Position numbers and translations under genes: made by a program. Source: Takakia lepidozioides (taxonomy: Eukaryota; Plantae; Bryophyta). From it: 64,000 nucleotides of DNA. Below, piece by piece: positions 58,501 through 64,000 of this stretch (the stretch's first letter is position 1; each line of letters begins with the position of its first letter). Below the pieces are notes generated by a model that was given only the letters and a program-made list of their open reading frames with translations, was not told where the DNA came from and did no database searches. Location of the stretch: positions 7,688,001 through 7,752,000 of the forward strand of contig CM060734.1 of the NCBI GenBank assembly GCA_030704615.1, written 5' to 3'.

Positions 58501-60122
58501 CATCTTGGGTGCGTACCTCAGAAATGAGGAACGCATCCGAGGCGGTTGCAGCTTTCGAAGGGCGACCTCAAAAGCAGAAGAAGCATTGATGGGGACATCA
58601 ACCTTGGATCGTGGGGGAGGAAATGCATGCTTAGCCCGGCTTAGCTAGCTCAGGAATCCGATTGCAAAAACTTTTGTTATAAATGAAATGATTTCCAAAT
58701 GTTGTGTGTCCTATTTTGTTTGGAATGGTGATGCTCAAAATCGGGTGACTCCCATCCAAAGGGCAAGGAAACTTGCGCCTTCCTTGGGGAGTTCACGTGC
58801 TAGTGCGCACCTGGCGCGTGCGCGTACTATAACTGCGCTACCGAGGGGGTTGCCTTGTAGTGCGGGCTAACGCGGAAGCTACGTGCTTCCGTTCACGTAC
58901 TATAATCGTGTAGCCTCGGGACGAAGTCGTAGTGCAACTTCGGCGTGTTCCCGTACCTCAGGTCAGCATTCCAAGGCGGACCCAATTATAGTGATTGGGG
59001 CGCATGGTTAGATCAAGGTTATCTTCCTAGTAAAAAAAAGGGTTCAAGGTCAACCCTGGCTCAAGGCGATGCCAAAAGTGGCATCATGAGTGGTCGCAAG
59101 CAATGTTGTTGCAGTAAGGCGATTCGATCCTCGTGGAGGATCGTTCCTTGGCCTTGGAGTAGGCCAAGAAGAGTGCACTAGGAGGAGCTTGAGAGGCTCC
59201 ACCCTTGGGCGGGACTTGGAGGAAGTCGGCCGAACTAGCTAGTAGAGAGTAGAGTCAAGTGTGGGGTTTGGTTCTTTGGCATGGGACGCCATGGTACGGA
59301 AACAAACTCCTTGATGTGGGACGCCGCAACTTGGATGTTCGTTTCTACAAAATGGACAAGTCGATGAGGACATCGACTCCCTGTTGGTAGGGGTGTGTGT
59401 CGCGGCCCTTTGCCTTGAGGGCAGGGGGTCGGGACGCAAGAGGCGCTGCCCCTGTGGTGGGGGCAGTGGCAGTGATAGGTACGGGGGGATGAAGCACCCT
59501 TGAGTGCCCAAGGCACTCAAGGAGGCGGAGGCGCTCACTAGGTGAGCCCCGCATACCGGGTTGCGGTGGGGGTGGCTCCACAAGAGGTGGTGGTAGCTTA
59601 GTGGGACTTAGTGGGGGTGACATAGGACTCACTATGGGGCAGAGACCTTGTGGTGGGAGTCGTGGGGAGTCTTGGGACTCATCACGGTCCAATGGGGCCG
59701 TGGTGGGTGGGCCAAGACTCACCCCGATTCATTACCGGGAATCGAGGGTCTTCGTGGTGGTTCGCCATAAAATGGCATGGTTGTTTGTGAAACCTCCGCG
59801 GACAGTCACAGAAGTATATATAGGGAGTAGTAACCCCGAGAACGGTGCAAGCCCGTTGGTGACCAAAAACTAGTGAGTAAGCGAGCGAGCTGGAAAGCGA
59901 CCAAGGAGTGGGGAGCTATTCCGGACTGCCATCTACCAAAGGGAATTTCCATTAGGCCTAAATTGGTGGAGGGTCTGGTGGGAGAGTAAAGGGGGACCGT
60001 TATGTCCCGGTGAGCAGCCGAAGCTCCAAGTTGGCCCGGCGGCCAGGTCGGGAGTTAGGCGCGCGCATCAAAGCGAGTAACTATGACTTGAAGGGGAACT
60101 TACCGAAGTGAGGTGCGCGACA
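55511..60122 (+). mobile_element. 5'-truncated second copy of the chromovirus (pol plus 3' LTR)
   Basis: Co-linear with 46999-51722; in-frame stops and frameshifts; LTR 59398-60122. Confidence 0.94.
59398..60122 (+). repeat. 3' LTR of second copy
   Basis: TGTCGCGG...GCGCGACA. Confidence 0.92.
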
Positions 60123-60204
60123 CACACGCTCGACGAATCAGAATCCAATGCTGCAACCGCTCCAGGTCGCACGAGGAAGTCGCATGTTATTTTTAAAAAA
60201 AAAT

Positions 60205-60645
60205 TGCTGCGACCACCCTCATGCTGATGGTCGCAGATATTAAAAAACAGAAAATTGCTGCAACCACCCCCCTGCTGGTGGTTGCACCTATTAAAAAAAA
60301 GAAAAATGCTGCAACCACCCCCATGCTCGTGGTCACAGATATTTAAAAACAGAAAATTGTTGCGACCACCCCCCTTCTGGTGGTCGCACCTATTAAAAAA
60401 ACAAAAAAATGCTGCGACCACCCCCATGCTGATGGTCGCATATATTAAAAAACAGAAAAATGTTGCGACCACCCCCCTGATGGCGATCGCACCTATTACA
60501 AATAAAAATAAAATTGTACGACCACCAGTAGCGGTGGTCGCAACTGTTTAAGAAAAGGAAAAAATTCCGACCACCCATGCTGGTGGTCGCAACTATTAAA
60601 AAATAAGATAAATTCTGCGACCACCACCATTTGGAGGTCGCATCA
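60205..60645. repeat. Array of 9 palindromic units (~50-bp period) with A-rich spacers
   Basis: TGCGACCACC-n-GGTGGTCGCA consensus; same motif at 54010-54054. Confidence 0.88.
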
Positions 60646-60889
60646 ATTTAACAATAATGATTTAAAAATGACCTCAAATATTGGCGGATGGAGTAATTTA
60701 TAAAACAATTCATTCACTTGCCAAGGTGTCGCTTGGAATACAACGTGTCCACCTACGTGACATATTTTCACCTAACTTATGTTTTACTGATTTTTCGGCA
60801 AAACTGACGTGACGTTGGTTGCATCAGCGTCAGGTCCGACGTGACGTGACGTCACTGACGTGTGCAACCCTGCCCCTACCCCTAGATCA

Positions 60890-63800
60890 CATGTTCCTGA
60901 TGCGCACCAGAGTCCAAGCTCCAAACACCAAGTTCAAGAAGAGTCGTCCTCTTCACAACGGTCTTCTCCACCGCTGATTCCTGGTTCTTCCATTGGCGCC
61001 CCACCGACCGAAGAACTTCCACAGTGTCTGTTGAGCCCTCCCCCACTGCGCCTCTCAGGTAGGGTTCGAGGTCCCACGCCAGTCACTTCTCCTCCAGGTT
61101 CTCCATCCCATTCTCGGCAGCGGCTTCAAGGCAGCCCAACTCCTTTTGGTCATGAGCCTCTCCACGTGCCTTCTTCTCCAGTTGTGTAGCCTGCATTGCC
61201 GACCCCATCACTCTTACCCCAACAGCAGGCGCCTATCCCATCGGACCGTACCCCATGCCCAGCTTGCGGTCGTCTTTTTGCGCGACACCAGCGCACGTGT
61301 GCGGCTCTTCATCAGTCCCACACAAATGGTACTTCTCCATTTCAGCCCAGTGTCTTGCACACGCCACCTCCTGCCTCTGCATGACATTGGTTTTTAGCTC
61401 TAGATGTACTGGGCGCATTTCAGCTAGGACTGCCATGGCCTCATCTTTATACAAGAATTCCGGTGGCACTGCGTCATGAGGTCCAACTGGCACTCCGTCT
61501 GCCCTTAGACAGGCTGGCTCGTGATCCTGCTGATATACCAGCATGGTATCTTTTCTTGTTATTTCCTCAGTGGTGTTTGGTTTTGCCCCCTCGTGGCGGT
61601 CAGTTAGGGCACAGAGAGACTCGCATCCGTCTTCGCCGTTTTTTATCTGGAGATTGGGAGAGTCTGCAAGATGAGCATCAATTACGGGCACTAGCCCTTG
61701 CGATACGCGCCCCTCCCGCTTCGTCCACGCAGCCACCCTCATCGGCCCACAGACGACTTCGTCATAGTCTCACGCGTGGCCAAGGCTTTAGCATCTTCCA
61801 CACCAGCGCCTCCATCAGCGGATACTGTCACTGCCCTTGAAGCCCTTCACCCATCAGCTCAGGATATTCTGCCGCTTTTTGTCGAGGACTTCGAGCCAGA
61901 CCAGGATCTCAAGCTAGATCGGGAGGTCTTCATTCAGGCCTTCACGCGCTGTCCCCATCTTGCAGCGGCAGGTCCTTCCAGTCTCTTGTATGAGCACTTA
62001 TGCGACTATTTCTCTCCACAGGACTTTGCTAGTGGCTTCTCTCAGCTATTTCAGATTTGCTCCTTTATTGCTGCTGGCCGTATCCCTGCCCCAGTGGCCC
62101 GTCTCCTTGGGGCCTCCAGATTGTTGGCTATGAGCAAATCCTCAGGTACTGGCATCCGCCCTATCGCAGTTGGAGAGGTTCTTTACCGCCTTGTCAGCCG
62201 CTCACTTTGTCTTCAGTTTCGAGATGCCTTCTCCGGACACCTCTTTCCTCACCAGTTCGGGGTCGCCACTCCAGGAGGTTGCGAGGCGATGGTTCAGGGG
62301 ATTCGTGCAGCTCTTGATCTTCATCCGGATTGGGTGGTTCTCCAGGTCGAAGTCACCAACGCTTTCAACACTGTGTCACGAGCGGCTATCTTTCAGGAGC
62401 CCGGAGGAGATTTCCACCAGCTCATTCCGTTTGTTTGATTATTCTATGCATCCACCACTCCCCTATTCTACAGTTATCATTCTCACCTAGGTGAGTGCTC
62501 CATCATTCAGTCCGAGGTTGGGACCCGCCAAGGCGACCCTTTAGGAGGACCTTTGTTTGTCATGGCTCACGTCCGCGCCCTCACGGCTTCTGCACAAGTA
62601 CACTCATCTTGTCTTTTTCCGTCGGTGGCAGACAATACGCACATTATAGGCCCTGCCTCACAGGTACTTTCAGCTTACCATCATTTTGTCACCCAACTCT
62701 CTGCCGTGGGCCTTTCAGTGCAACCTCGCAAATGTGCGGAGTGGTCTCCGTCCGGTCTTCCTGCAGATTTTGTCATCCTTGCTCACTTCATTGCTCCGCC
62801 CAATGGCATCAGAATCCTGGAAGTCCCTTTTGGCACCACCCAGTTCACAACGTCCTTCTTGGAAGATGCACTCCATTAGGATGTCACCTACGCCGATCTC
62901 CTTCCTAGGCTCGGAGATGTACAGGTAGCATATGGAATCTTGACCAAATGTTTCCTTCAGCGTCCTTCATATCTCTTGCGTACTGTTCCACCCAGCCCAG
63001 ATTTCCTACACCTCTTATCTGGGTTTGATACTATCATGATGACTATCTTCGGGAGATTGTTAGGACCAGGAGCTCTGGAGGGTGCTCAGGGACTTTTGCC
63101 ACGTCAGCAAGCCACGTTTCTTCCGGTGGTGTGGGTCTTTTGTCCACTGTCACTACCGCCCCGTCAACTTTCCTCGGAAATTAGGCGTTGGTTACGCCAG
63201 CCCTCGCTTCACGATTTCTCTATGACCATCGTTCTATCCTTATGGACGCCATTGCACATGTCGACAGTGGCATTTTACCCTTCCAGCAGCATCTCCGCTT
63301 TGCACGAGATCTTCTTCCGGCACCGACGCGAGCATGTCTATCACCATTTGAGCAGTTGGTTGTTCAAGGCCTCGACCATCTTCAGGAGTCTATTTCCGAG
63401 CGCGTGCACCGTCATTCCTTTTCCGACATGCTCTCAAGTGCTTCTTCTGAGTTGCATTGAGCCCGACTTCTATCATGCGCAGGACCCGGAATAGGGGCAT
63501 GGTTGGCAGCACGACCTACTATCGCATCTTTTCGCCTCTCATCCCCTATTTTCACCACTGCGCTCCGTCTTCGACTCGGTTTGCCTCATCCTTCGGCATT
63601 GGGCCTTCAGTGCTGCATCTGTCTTCAGCCCATCGATGACCTTGCCATCCATCTCCTCCGCCGTCCATGTGGTGGTGAGCGCACTGCGTCTCATGATATG
63701 GTTCGCGATGCGGTGACATCTATTGCTCGGGAGGCAGGGTATCATGTACTGCGTGAGCAACCACATCTACGACCCACTCTACACGCCGCCGTGTTGACAT

Positions 63801-64000
63801 CGTCCTATTTAGAGATGGTTTGCGTACCCTAGCGGCTGTTGTTCTCGCCCACCCCACTCGAGCGGATCTGCTATTTCGCGCAGCTACCACACCAGATACG
63901 GCAGCCACTATAGCAGCTCAGGCCAAGGAGTGCGACTACATCGATCGTCACCCCACTGACAGATTTCTTCCGCTGGCGGTCGAGATATTTGACTCATTGC
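60890..64000 (+). mobile_element. CRE-clade non-LTR retrotransposon (RT plus restriction-like endonuclease), degenerate, runs off window
   Basis: CPACGRLF..HQRTC; GIRPIAVGE..HQFGV..GGCE..NAFNTVSR; GTRQGDPLG; VADN (xADD position); LRLRLG..CIC..DDLAIHLL..HDMVRD..RVDI..AK..Y..FLPLAVE. Confidence 0.85.

Noticed and set aside
60205-60645. CRISPR-like palindromic repeat/spacer array
   Set aside because: Spacers are near-identical A-tracts, repeats are degenerate, no cas genes, eukaryotic context

Overview
Eukaryotic nuclear DNA from a non-seed land plant, probably a bryophyte (inferred from a CEP70-like centriole gene fragment, PLS-type PPR motifs and moss-like TE families). 3.4-14.3 kb (+) holds the last 13 coding exons (~1960 aa, all GT-AG, phases consistent) of an intact FURRY/TAO3/PAG1-type cell morphogenesis gene whose 5' end lies upstream of the window; its introns and 3' flank are littered with 5'-truncated RTEX-like LINE copies. 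The rest is a nested transposon graveyard: two MITEs, a Dualen/RandI-like LINE remnant, convergent 3' fragments of CEP70-like and SEC23D genes, a MULE-like remnant, a Gypsy element whose integrase ends in a PHD finger, a ~129-bp PPR-derived minisatellite, a CACTA element whose divergently oriented TnpA-like gene contains an FCP1/NIF-type HAD phosphatase domain, a hAT transposase split by a full-length chromovirus (LTRs, iMet PBS, PPT, AAGTC TSD), a second truncated copy and an LTR fragment of that chromovirus, a palindromic repeat array, and a CRE-clade RLE LINE running off the end. The best novelty candidates are TE-borne chromatin/transcription modules: the phosphatase inside CACTA TnpA, a PCIF1-like methyltransferase remnant in the Dualen-like LINE, and the PHD-integrase. 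All domain names come from motif recognition by eye, not from searches.
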